IMG/VR virus record: IMGVR_UViG_3300020042_001030
Span: 1 to 32,655 of that record
Length of the DNA stretch: 32,655 nucleotides
Reading direction: 5' to 3' (one strand)
From: a virus
Taxonomy: Duplodnaviria; Caudoviricetes
The position numbers and the translations under genes are program-made. How positions within the stretch are numbered: position 1 is the first letter of the stretch; each line of letters begins with the position of its first letter. Below, piece by piece: positions 18,401 to 26,831 of this stretch. The notes under the pieces were generated by a model. The model made no database searches and was not told the origin of the DNA. It worked only from the letters and a program-made list of their open reading frames with translations.

Positions 18401-21400
18401 GGTGACTTACAGACCGCGTTACGCTTGTTGTCCGCTAGTTCAGACACATTTATATCTACTACCGCTGCTAAGTTAGCAGGTATTAGTCCCAACACTAAAG
18501 TAGTTATAGAGGAAGACCTCGTTGACGAAAACGGTAAACATGTGCCGGGTTACTTCAATCCACAAACTAATACTATCCATCTAGACTCCGTGACCGGCAT
18601 GAACAGCCATGTGTTGCTACATGAGTCTGGACACTCTGCTATGTCGCACGAGCTGGATAACCCCAATAGCGTGTTGGCTCGCCAACTTCAGCAAATACTT
18701 GATAAAGTAAAAGATAGTCTTGGCACTGCCTATGGTGCGTCTGACGTACATGAGTTTGCTTCTGAGGCTTTGGCAAATAAAGAGTTCAGAGCAAAACTGC
18801 AGTCTATCTATCCTGATGGTGGCAACATCTCCGCATGGGATAAATTTACCCGTGCTGTAGTTAACTTCTTCCGTCGCTTAGTGGGTAAAGAATCTCGTCC
18901 GCTGACTTCTGCCTATGACGAAGTTGACCGCATACTATCTGCAATCCTTTCCCCTGCACCTGATTCACGTAATGCTGGTGTGCTGTATGCACAGGCGGCT
19001 AACAAGAGCGCCCAAGTATTCTCATTTACCGACAGAATGATTAACGCTGTGCCGTTCTTGGGTGAGAACCAAAAAGACGCACTAAGTGGTGGTATCGCTG
19101 TAGGGTCTGAAGCCGCACGCTCTGCGCTCTTTTCTGTACTACCTATGCACGCACTGGGCGAAGTAGCAGAAAAGGTATTCCCCGGCTTAGGCATGAAGTT
19201 CAATCGGTTGATTAACGAACGTGCTGGTTATGAGAACAAGTTAAACAACGGTATTGATGCCGCAGTACGCGAGGCTAAAAATGCTATTCAAGCTAAACCA
19301 CAGCAACAAGACGCCTTTAATCGTATTGTTAACGACAGCACGATGGCTGAGGTAGACCCGACTAAGCCACTAGAAACTTATTCAGAGTATTGGCTTACGC
19401 ATCGCAAAGGCGATCAAGAAATTCGCCGGTCGTTCAAAACCATTACTGAAAGAGACGCCGCACTTGAGGCTATAAATAAATCCGCTACTGGTGAACACCA
19501 AGCACGGGGTGGTAAAGGTAGAGTACGGGTGGCATTTAAGTCAGGAGACGCTTCTGTTGAGAATGTAAACGCATGGAAAGACCTTAACTCGCGGTATAAC
19601 AAACTAGACAAAGTTTGGCAGGACTTGTATGTCACTATGCGTAATGCCAATGGAAAGATGTATGACGAAGTCAAAGCGGCAATCGAAGCTCGTATTGACG
19701 AGACTGATCTAGACGGCAAAACCAAGATATTGGTCAAACAAGACATCATGAAGAAGCTCGCTGAGCAAGGTATGATAGACCCATACTTTGCGCTCGGTCG
19801 TGAAGGTAAGTATTGGTTAGCCTCAGACTACACAGATAAGAACGGGCAGAAACAATTTACCGTTGAGGCATTTAAGTCCCCACGGGAACGCTCACGCCGC
19901 CAAGAAGAACTTAAAGCACTAGACCCAAATGCACGGGTTGATGTGTACGCTAACGCAGATCAGATTAACTATCGCAATGCGCCGTCGGGTTCGTTTGTAA
20001 ACAGCGTCTTGAAAATTATGGAAACCAACGGTGTGCCAGAGCAGGCAATCGACGAGACCATGCGCTTGTTTATTACTACCCTGCCTGAGACTGCATTTGC
20101 TAAATCATTCCAAAAACGTAAAGGTAGAGCCGGTGCTTTGACCGATACGATTGGTGTATTTGAGCGCAAGATGCGCGGTACTGCTCATCAAGTATCCAAC
20201 ATGATGTACAACCCCAAACTGACTGGGGTCGTGGATTCTATGGACATGAAGACCAAAGAAGCCGCACAAAGTGGTAAAGGTAATGACCTAGAAATAAGAT
20301 ACCTTAACGAGTTTAAGAAGCACCTTAACTATGTGAAGAACCCAACCAAGAATGACATTGGTAGCATTTTGGCGTCCGGTGCATTCTTCTACACACTAGG
20401 CTTCAACATTTCTTCCGCGCTGGTCAACATGGCTAACGTGCCAATGATTGTGGCTCCGTACCTTAAAGGAAAATACTCCGATGCTAATGTTGCAGGGGCA
20501 ATTGGAAATGCTTCTAAGGTGTTTTTAGGTAGTGGGCGTAAAGCCGCTATGCCTGTAATCGGTGCCGATGGTAGAACCACAATGATGGATGTGATGCCGT
20601 CAATCTCTAACTATGCACCGGATTCGGTTGAAGGTAAAAAGTATGCAACTTTGATTCGTATTGCCGATGAGCAAGGTCAGTTAAACCGTTCTCAGTTGTA
20701 TGAGATCATTAGCGGAGACACCCGCACTGGTCCGCTTGCAAAGATAAATGCTATGGCTGGTTGGGCTTTCCACCATGGTGAGCGTATGAACCGTGAAGTA
20801 ACAATGCTTGCGGCGTATGACCTTGAGTTGGCTAAGCTAAAAAAACAAGGCATCATTGGAGAAGCGGCTGAAGTTCAAGCTGCTAACAATGCAATATACA
20901 TAGGCGAACTTACTAACGGTGGTATATCTGCGGCGGCTGCGCCACGTATAGCGCAAAGTTCTATTGGCAAGTTGTTGTTCATGTATAAGCGCTACGGCGT
21001 GTCTATGTACTACATGATGTTTAAGACTGCCAAAGAAGCGTTGAAGAACGCAGACCCCGCCGTTAGAAAAGCCGCATGGCAACAACTTGGCGGTATCGTG
21101 GGTATGTCTGCGCTTATGGCGGGTGTACAGGGTATCCCGATGTTCGGTCTAGCCTCTATGGTCTACGCGTTGTTCTGTGATGATGACGATGATGATTTGG
21201 ACACCGTGACTCGTAAGGGTCTTGGCGAGTTCATGTACAAAGGTCCGATTGAATACTTCACCAATCTTGCAGTTGCAAGCCGTATTAGTATGAGTGACTT
21301 GATTATTCGAGACACAAAGGGCGGCTCTAACGCAGGTACTTTCTCGCAACAACTTCTTACTGCAATGGGTGGCCCCGCAGTGGGTGTGACTGATCGTATA

Positions 21401-21919
21401 CAGCGTGGTTACAGCAAGATAGCTGAAGGTCATTTTGAGCGTGGTTTAGAAGACATACTCCCTGCTTTCGCGGCTAACATGCTTAAGGCAGGGCGTTATG
21501 TAACCGAAGGTACCCAGACTTTGCGTGGTGATGCAATCACTGGAGATGTTAGTGCGTGGAATGCAGGTGCACAGTTCTTTGGGTTTGCGCCAGCCGACTA
21601 CACCCGACAACTAGAAGAAAACTCTAGGTTAAAAGGTGTTGACAAATACACTAACCAGACTGGTACTAAGTTGCGTCAAAAATGGAACCTTGCACGCACA
21701 GTTGGCGATGCAGAAGGTATGAGCGACGCTCGTGATGAACTTCTAAAACTTGGTGCCAAACACCCCGGACTTGGGCTTAACGCAGGAACTATCAACGAAG
21801 CTCTACAAGACTCGGCTGATGCGTACAACAGAGCAACCAAAGAGATGGTGCATGGTGTACGGTTCTCTAAGAAGATGGCTAAGGAACTTAAAGCCGACTC
21901 TGCTGAATACGACCAGTAA
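15434..21919 (+). CDS. Large polyvalent internal virion/ejection protein with zincin metallopeptidase motif and PLxRFG/LPD39-like C-terminus
   Basis: TAAGGAG SD. Hydrophobic Gly/Ala-rich N-terminal region. PGYFNP...LLHESGH...HEFASEA zincin signature near 18545-18770. DPYFALGREGKYWL, then a helical C-terminus (LGFNISSALVN, ERMNREVTMLAAY). Confidence 0.75.
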   Translation: MPRVTIPGVGDVMFPNNMPRDEIMSRAEAMQAQASQPMFDPRDLPTGKLISGGFSRGLEGLKGTALDLIPAFAGSIFGKNDYAKEQLKEYQDRMAAAEVENPAAYDSYKKIRDAGDILPFAAETIGEVGPDILGFLTGAGAGTSIGKRLATSGAKKALETSLPARVAEKGLTAEAATALEKRALRKAATTGANVGQIVGVGGASAGLNIPDTFNQIYQDTGKLEPGIAITIGSLVSALDTFLPARMLAQLGPSGKARIAAEMLQKSTVVPTTFKKAFAGEVLKTASGESLTEGGQQALQILASQIAGDKDPFFSQKNIDEIITSSLKGFIGGGAYGAPGAGIEASRIKSERNAQVAQREADAAALAAQQTTQVPPPPPLQQVETDPNKITREVAPGITYVPATGVYTQTPTTTAPQIGREIPRPTQETGPLEMVGMGAPTLDINQGELFNRDYSYQPAEQQTQEAAAEPAPAEFGTVLDASVLQRTGLKPQSGFFKQLLNKDMSNPEDQAAVRAVLVQIRTNPNLSESTKQAIEGVAMQAFGALAKQQEMFGPRGGILKGADVGRTISRPVSEPTGTSVPTTVEPTSIDQTAEGVEPSEQGGVGSAVRSAFEPAVREEVQPDTLTQEAPAQEDALAVANRVAALSDEEILSNMAQSKTLLNAVIDKLGIEIPGHTKNRNDKNALVTKKYYIQEHLKGLQEETPTQEGPTQEEQDAIQAELDAELGKETAPVVARVAPAKEGTTEGVSEGTDKGGTKAVAEPVVKATRAKKSKAPSPAKATETVDVDKLLEEADELPLEIPKKAKFDVSGGYTGFAKNDITNIDDSIAVTDLLRTKKLTEIAKAAKTYFGKMPRLVDNLLNMAFDIVYETPQFKRTDESSEEAQFFKGMNGEKANDAFKWVQNNLSPETNKAIREFIRRFEIARDTTNDQQFMDLIRDGISGTRENYDDETVKSYIRAQEADAKTRKLLDNAVSRLAHSLHPSIISMLQAGDLQTALRLLSASSDTFISTTAAKLAGISPNTKVVIEEDLVDENGKHVPGYFNPQTNTIHLDSVTGMNSHVLLHESGHSAMSHELDNPNSVLARQLQQILDKVKDSLGTAYGASDVHEFASEALANKEFRAKLQSIYPDGGNISAWDKFTRAVVNFFRRLVGKESRPLTSAYDEVDRILSAILSPAPDSRNAGVLYAQAANKSAQVFSFTDRMINAVPFLGENQKDALSGGIAVGSEAARSALFSVLPMHALGEVAEKVFPGLGMKFNRLINERAGYENKLNNGIDAAVREAKNAIQAKPQQQDAFNRIVNDSTMAEVDPTKPLETYSEYWLTHRKGDQEIRRSFKTITERDAALEAINKSATGEHQARGGKGRVRVAFKSGDASVENVNAWKDLNSRYNKLDKVWQDLYVTMRNANGKMYDEVKAAIEARIDETDLDGKTKILVKQDIMKKLAEQGMIDPYFALGREGKYWLASDYTDKNGQKQFTVEAFKSPRERSRRQEELKALDPNARVDVYANADQINYRNAPSGSFVNSVLKIMETNGVPEQAIDETMRLFITTLPETAFAKSFQKRKGRAGALTDTIGVFERKMRGTAHQVSNMMYNPKLTGVVDSMDMKTKEAAQSGKGNDLEIRYLNEFKKHLNYVKNPTKNDIGSILASGAFFYTLGFNISSALVNMANVPMIVAPYLKGKYSDANVAGAIGNASKVFLGSGRKAAMPVIGADGRTTMMDVMPSISNYAPDSVEGKKYATLIRIADEQGQLNRSQLYEIISGDTRTGPLAKINAMAGWAFHHGERMNREVTMLAAYDLELAKLKKQGIIGEAAEVQAANNAIYIGELTNGGISAAAAPRIAQSSIGKLLFMYKRYGVSMYYMMFKTAKEALKNADPAVRKAAWQQLGGIVGMSALMAGVQGIPMFGLASMVYALFCDDDDDDLDTVTRKGLGEFMYKGPIEYFTNLAVASRISMSDLIIRDTKGGSNAGTFSQQLLTAMGGPAVGVTDRIQRGYSKIAEGHFERGLEDILPAFAANMLKAGRYVTEGTQTLRGDAITGDVSAWNAGAQFFGFAPADYTRQLEENSRLKGVDKYTNQTGTKLRQKWNLARTVGDAEGMSDARDELLKLGAKHPGLGLNAGTINEALQDSADAYNRATKEMVHGVRFSKKMAKELKADSAEYDQ
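17118..17306 (+). CDS. Candidate overprinted 62-aa helical protein in +1 frame inside the giant gene
   Basis: AAAGGAG precedes ATG-TTG at 17118. Product MLEEQFLDLSVNQLEQAFQLLSNPQVLTKPPKELSRLSRGEWEVLSDLLSSLQLEKKYSQIH. The host frame here is a low-complexity linker. Confidence 0.45.
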   Translation: MLEEQFLDLSVNQLEQAFQLLSNPQVLTKPPKELSRLSRGEWEVLSDLLSSLQLEKKYSQIH

Positions 21920-21946
21920 AAAAACCCCCGATGTTTAGTCGGGGGT
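21918..21946 (-). terminator. Intrinsic terminator at the convergence point (U-tract on minus strand)
   Basis: 8-bp stem ACCCCCGA/TCGGGGGT (21924-21931 / 21939-21946), 7-nt loop. The A-run at 21918-21924 gives a U-tract on the - strand. Confidence 0.85.
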
Positions 21947-21997
21947 AATAGGGAGTTCTCAAGAAAAGAGAAGCAAACTGCAACAGGAGAATGTCGC
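21918..21997 (-). ncRNA. Candidate ~80-nt sRNA with anti-Shine-Dalgarno loop
   Basis: TATACT -10-like box at 22009-22004. Hairpin GCGAC-AUUCUCCU-GUUGC, hairpin UUCUC-UUUUCUU-GAGAA, CUCCCU linker, then the terminator. The seed is complementary to several phage RBSs. Confidence 0.5.
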
Positions 21998-22009
21998 GGC
22001 GCCAGTATA

Positions 22010-22222
22010 TTACAGAATTCTCCAAAAGCGCATACCTAACTTCCCGCTTTCTATACGCTCGTAGCCTTTAAGCGTTAAATTTTTATAATCTGCAATCTTT
22101 TGCACTTGTTTACTCAAGATTGGTAAGTTAACAGCGGGTACAAAAAACGACATCCCTATATCTAGGGAGTCCCAATTTATGCCAATAACCACACCGTCAG
22201 GGCAGACTTGCCCTTCACGCAT
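22010..22222 (-). CDS. Small conserved phage protein, possibly DNA-binding
   Basis: INWDSLDIGMSFFVP...GMRFWRI pattern. ATG at 22222 overlaps the primase stop (coupled). The ORF-track start at 22282 is less likely. Confidence 0.6.
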   Translation of the reverse strand: MREGQVCPDGVVIGINWDSLDIGMSFFVPAVNLPILSKQVQKIADYKNLTLKGYERIESGKLGMRFWRIL

Positions 22223-25070
22223 CACCTTCAAGAACGGCTTTGTGACCTGCGGCGGCTGCGATTTCTTCTTCAACGTCGTCATCTAAAAAGTCCTTGCAGT
22301 TAATCCATAGCACGTCTAGGGACGGCAGATTCATACGGGTACCTTTGCCCATACGCTTCTTCTCTATCTTTGATTTAGAACGTCCACGTTTTAGTGCATC
22401 GACAAAGCCTTCGTAGTTGACCTGCTTCTTCACGCACCAATCCCTGAGCGGACTAAGGTAGATATATAGCATCTTTATGTCGTATTCGTAGCGTGCCATG
22501 TACGACACTCTCGGCGTAGCATCCGGAATAATCAAATGGTCTGCATCATCACGCTTCAATGTGCGGGAATCGTCTGTGCTCTTAATACGCAAAATGTTGT
22601 TGTAGTTCTCAGCCAAAAAGTTAGTGAGCGTTGTCTCGGCGTCGACGTCCATAGATTTAACTTGATCTTGCACCCCGCTAACTACACCCTTGAGCCAAGT
22701 GACCACAGCCTTGAGGTCATAGTCCACTAATCCAGCCCGCTTTGCCGCCATCAATCCCATGATGCCATCTGCCGCTAAGACCGAATGAAACCGAGCGTCA
22801 GGCCCAAACCCACACATCTGATCTAGTTTGTGTTGGGTAGATTTGTACAAAGCCTTAATACCGGCAATGTCCTGCATCACGTACTGCATGTATGGCAGAT
22901 ATGCGTGCCCGTAGTTGTTTAGAAGTGCGTCACTTAATATGTCAGTATCGACCTTGTTGAGTCCGGGGACGGGTTTGGCACGTACCTCTAACAAACGCAT
23001 GGCTTCACCTTTAGGCAGAGCCTTGTAGGTTCCCATCTTCTCCATCATGGATGAGTTGCCTGTACTAACTGCCGCTTGTTTCCATGGCTCGCCCCGGATT
23101 CGCTCTGAGTTGGAGTTCGGCCCCATGCGATTGCGTTGCATACCTGACGTGTACTGATACAGAAAGTCGCTCAACTCCTTGGCGGTGGAGTTGGTCATCT
23201 CGTCCATAGGTAGGAAGATGTTGTTGTAGAGTTCCGCACGGTTCATCTTGGATGCCATAGTGTCGGATTCTTTAAGCACAATCTTGGTCGGGTCGCCCCA
23301 AATACTAGCCCCCGCATACAACGCAGTTGTCTTGCCGATTCCTGAGTCCGGACTGAATATGTGCATCAACGCCCCATTTACAGGGGTGAAGTCGGTAAAG
23401 ATAGAGCCAAAAGATAGTCCGATTACAAACTGGTGCATCTCCATTCCGGGGCGGTTGTAGAAGTTCATGGCTTCTTTCCATGCCTCTAGCGTTCCTTTGG
23501 GTTGAAATGCGTGAAACAGATGTGCTGTAGCTGATGAGGGTGGATTGTGGTCTACCCGATCTGCACGAATTTCTTTATCCCCTAGCACGAATGCTTCGTG
23601 CTTATCATCTATCCAACCAAATTGTCTGTGAGCCGTGTCCGCTCTTGCGTTAAATTGCATGTGGTTTACCCATGTTGTTATGTATGACATTAGTTCGTCG
23701 GTTCTAATCATCGCCACGCCGTTGGATGACATATGCTTACGCAGTTCATCCTTAGAGGTAGCAGACGCAAGAGGTATCGTAAATTCCCGCACCCCGTCAC
23801 GAGGAAGATGTAGCCTTACGACTACCGCCTCACCCACAGCAGAGTCCAGTAACCTACGAGTTACGTACATATCGTTGTGATAGATCATCACTTCGATCTC
23901 GTCTTCTTGCTTGATAACCCGCTTAAAGATACCTCCGTTCTTCCCCCTGAAATAAGGTTCGGGATACTTCGGTATAACGTATGTTTGTGTGTGCCCTTGA
24001 TTCACATTCGCCGGGGCATCTTCTACGATGTTATCTTCCTCAGTTGCTTCTTGCACTTCTCGACCAAGCACAATCGGCGATTTGATTGAGCCTTTGCTTG
24101 GGCATCCGTCGCAACCTTTGGGGTTGTATTCTTCAAACTTAGCGCAGGTATAAGGGCCGCCCTTGATACCACGTACTTTCCTGTCAGCAAATTGTGGGCT
24201 GTACTCAGGGTGCCCACTAGAAATCTTGTCAATAGCCTTGTCTGCGTCTACGCAAAATTTAGCGATAGATAAGCCTGCTCTCCACATCGGTTCCGACATG
24301 GTTGCTTGGTTCTCGTAAATATATCCTAGTTGTTGGCATCCTTCTCCCTTCACAGTTCTAATCATGATGGTCTTGAACCGATTTGTGTAGTTCCCAAGGA
24401 TTGCCTTGGTTACTTCGTCCATCTCTCCACGTGGGATGTAGGGCCGCCGCTCAATGAGTGGGTCACCAATAACATCTTTTAGTGTGTCAAGCTCATACGG
24501 TACGGAACCCTGGCCTAGTAAACTGACAGGGCGTGCCACGTCGTTTTTGTAGTTTAGAGTCCCCGGAACCCGTAAGATTCGTACCGCATCCGCCGTTACT
24601 ACGTGGTCAATGTGCAGGTCATGGTCGTCACACATACTCTTTAACTTCTCAGCCAAAGGCAACCATGTTTCACGTGAAACGGGTTCAGTAAATGTCCAAT
24701 AGACATGCACACCCCCACCGGAGTTAACCAGCGTAGGCTTCGGCATCTTGGTCGCCTTGCAGAACTGCTTTAGGGCAGTGATAGCTTCGGCTTGTGTCGC
24801 GTATGGTTTATCTTCTCCGCAGTCTATGTCTAGGAACAACGATTTCAGTTGTTTGACGTTAGGTGCTTTGCGTGACTTGCCATCCTTGAATGTTGCTAAT
24901 GCGTAGTACGCATCGTATCCCTCGTTTTTCAAATTCTCGGCTACTGCTACTGCGTCTTCCACTGTGCGGAAGAACTTTTGTACAGGCTTGTCTGACCCAT
25001 TTTTTAGCCCAACTATGCAGTAGTATCCGTCGTCCCCGAGGACTTGCTGTAAAAATTCTAAATTGTCCAT
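22215..25070 (-). CDS. Primase-helicase (AEP/RepB-like primase, PriCT-like and Zn-binding region, DUF927 / Cch-like helicase)
   Basis: LFLDIDCG, VNSGGGVHVYW, RILRVPGTLNYK primase motifs. SEPMWRAGLSI and C-x8-C-x2-C. RQFGW, SGIGKTT Walker A and MDE Walker B. ATG at 25070 follows GGGTGG. Confidence 0.87.
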   Translation of the reverse strand: MDNLEFLQQVLGDDGYYCIVGLKNGSDKPVQKFFRTVEDAVAVAENLKNEGYDAYYALATFKDGKSRKAPNVKQLKSLFLDIDCGEDKPYATQAEAITALKQFCKATKMPKPTLVNSGGGVHVYWTFTEPVSRETWLPLAEKLKSMCDDHDLHIDHVVTADAVRILRVPGTLNYKNDVARPVSLLGQGSVPYELDTLKDVIGDPLIERRPYIPRGEMDEVTKAILGNYTNRFKTIMIRTVKGEGCQQLGYIYENQATMSEPMWRAGLSIAKFCVDADKAIDKISSGHPEYSPQFADRKVRGIKGGPYTCAKFEEYNPKGCDGCPSKGSIKSPIVLGREVQEATEEDNIVEDAPANVNQGHTQTYVIPKYPEPYFRGKNGGIFKRVIKQEDEIEVMIYHNDMYVTRRLLDSAVGEAVVVRLHLPRDGVREFTIPLASATSKDELRKHMSSNGVAMIRTDELMSYITTWVNHMQFNARADTAHRQFGWIDDKHEAFVLGDKEIRADRVDHNPPSSATAHLFHAFQPKGTLEAWKEAMNFYNRPGMEMHQFVIGLSFGSIFTDFTPVNGALMHIFSPDSGIGKTTALYAGASIWGDPTKIVLKESDTMASKMNRAELYNNIFLPMDEMTNSTAKELSDFLYQYTSGMQRNRMGPNSNSERIRGEPWKQAAVSTGNSSMMEKMGTYKALPKGEAMRLLEVRAKPVPGLNKVDTDILSDALLNNYGHAYLPYMQYVMQDIAGIKALYKSTQHKLDQMCGFGPDARFHSVLAADGIMGLMAAKRAGLVDYDLKAVVTWLKGVVSGVQDQVKSMDVDAETTLTNFLAENYNNILRIKSTDDSRTLKRDDADHLIIPDATPRVSYMARYEYDIKMLYIYLSPLRDWCVKKQVNYEGFVDALKRGRSKSKIEKKRMGKGTRMNLPSLDVLWINCKDFLDDDVEEEIAAAAGHKAVLEGDA

Positions 25071-25085
25071 AGCCACCCATTGTTA

Positions 25086-25160
25086 GGTGGGGGTACTCGC
25101 TACTTCCGGCAGTCAGGAGTCCAATCTAGACTTGCCAGCATCCGCTTTCCCCCCGAAACC
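25086..25160 (-). ncRNA. Candidate structured RNA (long hairpin with loop-E-like motif) upstream of primase-helicase
   Basis: Minus strand GGGGG-GAAA-GC-GGA-UGCU-GGC-A-AGUC...GACU-GCC-GGA-AGUA-GC-GAGUA-CCCCC: nested pairings with GAA opposite AGUA. Confidence 0.5.
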
Positions 25161-25165
25161 ATTAA

Positions 25166-26074
25166 TTAAGCATCGTCCCATTCGCCAACCAAGTCTTCTA
25201 ACTTGGGTTCATTGGCTACGGGTGCTTTCTTGGGTGCGGCTTTCTTTGGTTCATCAACTTCCTCAGCTTCTACCTTTGCGGGCTTGGCTTTAGGGGCTTC
25301 TTGCGCTTCTGCTTCGGGTGCAAACAAGGAGGGTTTTGGCCTGTCCTTGACACCATCGGTTTGTGCAACAGTCATTGTGATTGCGCTGACTGCTTCGGGT
25401 GAGTCCTTGAGTTGTTGGACTGTGTTGAACTCTTCCTCGGTCACGGGGCGCACAGGCTTGAACACCAATTTAGGTGTAGGGCTTGCAGTATCAAAACGCA
25501 TCTCGGTCACAACACCAGTAATAGGTGTGCCGTGGTTCTTCAAATGGCGAGCATAGGCTTGCAAGGGTAACTTGCCCTTCTCACCATCACCAAACACAGA
25601 TGTTGGGGGCAACACTAGTTGGTAGACTTCTTGTTTTTCCACTTCACCATCAAGCACGACGGCTAAACGCTGTTGGTAACGGCATGCACGGCTATCGCCT
25701 TGACCGGAACCCTTGATGTTTTGTGGGCAACTCAAACAAGTAGCTGACTGCTTGTTCTCTTCCTTGACCTTTACATCGGGACGTTGGCTATCTGCTGACC
25801 AACATGTCGGGGATACGGCTTCACCTTCGCTATAAGTTCCTGCGTAGTAGATACGGGAAACTTTCGGCGCGGCTTTGATGATGACAACATTCATCGCACG
25901 CTCTTCTGACACGCGGTATTCTTTACCGCCAATGAACTCACGAAATACTCCGCCCTTGATACTGATACGACGTGAACCTAAGCTCTCTCCAGCTAGGGCA
26001 TTCGTTGCATCATCTGCGTTTGCGTTCTTGAGGTATGCGGGTAGTCCGCCTTTGAAAAGTGCTAAATCACTCAT
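25166..26074 (-). CDS. Putative single-stranded DNA-binding protein (Cys/Zn-containing, acidic C-terminal tip)
   Basis: RISIKGGVFR, PTCWS.D, CLSCPQNIKGSG...RAC. Ala/Pro/Lys linker, ends EDLVGEWDDA. AAGGAG SD supports the ATG at 26074. Adjacent to the primase gene. Confidence 0.6.
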   Translation of the reverse strand: MSDLALFKGGLPAYLKNANADDATNALAGESLGSRRISIKGGVFREFIGGKEYRVSEERAMNVVIIKAAPKVSRIYYAGTYSEGEAVSPTCWSADSQRPDVKVKEENKQSATCLSCPQNIKGSGQGDSRACRYQQRLAVVLDGEVEKQEVYQLVLPPTSVFGDGEKGKLPLQAYARHLKNHGTPITGVVTEMRFDTASPTPKLVFKPVRPVTEEEFNTVQQLKDSPEAVSAITMTVAQTDGVKDRPKPSLFAPEAEAQEAPKAKPAKVEAEEVDEPKKAAPKKAPVANEPKLEDLVGEWDDA

Positions 26075-26087
26075 TTCTACATTCTCC

Positions 26088-26360
26088 TTAAATATCATCG
26101 TTGGGGTTAAAGTTTAAAGTCATTTGAGTAGAACCCTGTGGGGGTTTTACCGTAAGACTTCCGTCTGCTTCTTCTCTCACAAGCGTTCCGCCGTTTAGGA
26201 CTCGCATCGCCTCTTCCACTTCGCTAATCTTGAAACGGTAGACACCGCCAATCTTTAATGAGGGGATTAGGTCTTGCCGAATCCATGCGCGGACAGTCGA
26301 TATGGACACCGCAAAATGCTTTGCCACACTTTCTATCGGAACAAAAGATTCATCAACCAT
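26088..26360 (-). CDS. Excisionase-like helix-turn-helix DNA-binding protein
   Basis: IESVAKHFAVSISTVRAWIRQDLIPSLKIGGVYRFKISEV is a winged HTH of the HTH_17 type. Confidence 0.8.
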   Translation of the reverse strand: MVDESFVPIESVAKHFAVSISTVRAWIRQDLIPSLKIGGVYRFKISEVEEAMRVLNGGTLVREEADGSLTVKPPQGSTQMTLNFNPNDDI

Positions 26361-26772
26361 TTTTACTCCTTTTTATGGTCACGGAATATTCCGCATTCGC
26401 GTTAAGCCCCGGCGGAAGCACGTCGGGGTGTTCTTCTAAAAATGCCTTCATATTGGTTTGGTGAAGTCGCTTCTCCAATAGTTCCGGCACACCATGTTCA
26501 AGTATGAATTTGCCCATGGATTCCCAGTCGTTCGTTGAGTACGTCGTCCTTACGGTGCGATACACAACTCCGGCTTCGGTTCGCAGACTCTCAGCGCCAA
26601 TGACTTTCATGTGGTCAAGAATCGCTGTCTTGACTGTCTTCATGCCGTCTTCAACCTTGGCGATTTCCGCTTCTAGTTGATGGGTGAGTTCTGCTTTTTT
26701 GTCCCGCATCTTGATATAGACACGGGTAAGTTTTTCTAAAGGCACTTCTGCCTGTACTGTAGCTTCTTCCAT
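26353..26772 (-). CDS. Conserved phage protein, Gam-like coiled coil plus beta domain
   Basis: YIKMRDKKAEL coiled coil, LRTEAGVVYR, DWE...LLEKRLHQTNM...PPGL. ACAGGAG SD. Confidence 0.6.
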   Translation of the reverse strand: MEEATVQAEVPLEKLTRVYIKMRDKKAELTHQLEAEIAKVEDGMKTVKTAILDHMKVIGAESLRTEAGVVYRTVRTTYSTNDWESMGKFILEHGVPELLEKRLHQTNMKAFLEEHPDVLPPGLNANAEYSVTIKRSKNG

Positions 26773-26831
26773 TTACATTCTCCTGTTTTAAAAATACGAT
26801 AGCGGTTTGTTGTTCTCACTATCTTCCCTCT

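Noticed and set aside
21981-22071. Plus-strand AGGAGA-ATG mini-ORF (26 aa) after the terminator
   Set aside because: The SD is only 1 nt from the ATG and the ORF is antisense to a real gene. The sequence is better explained as the anti-SD loop on the minus strand.
25087-25293. 68-aa plus-strand ORF across the SSB/primase intergenic region
   Set aside because: Antisense to the operon, GTG start without support. The region is better explained by the hairpin element.
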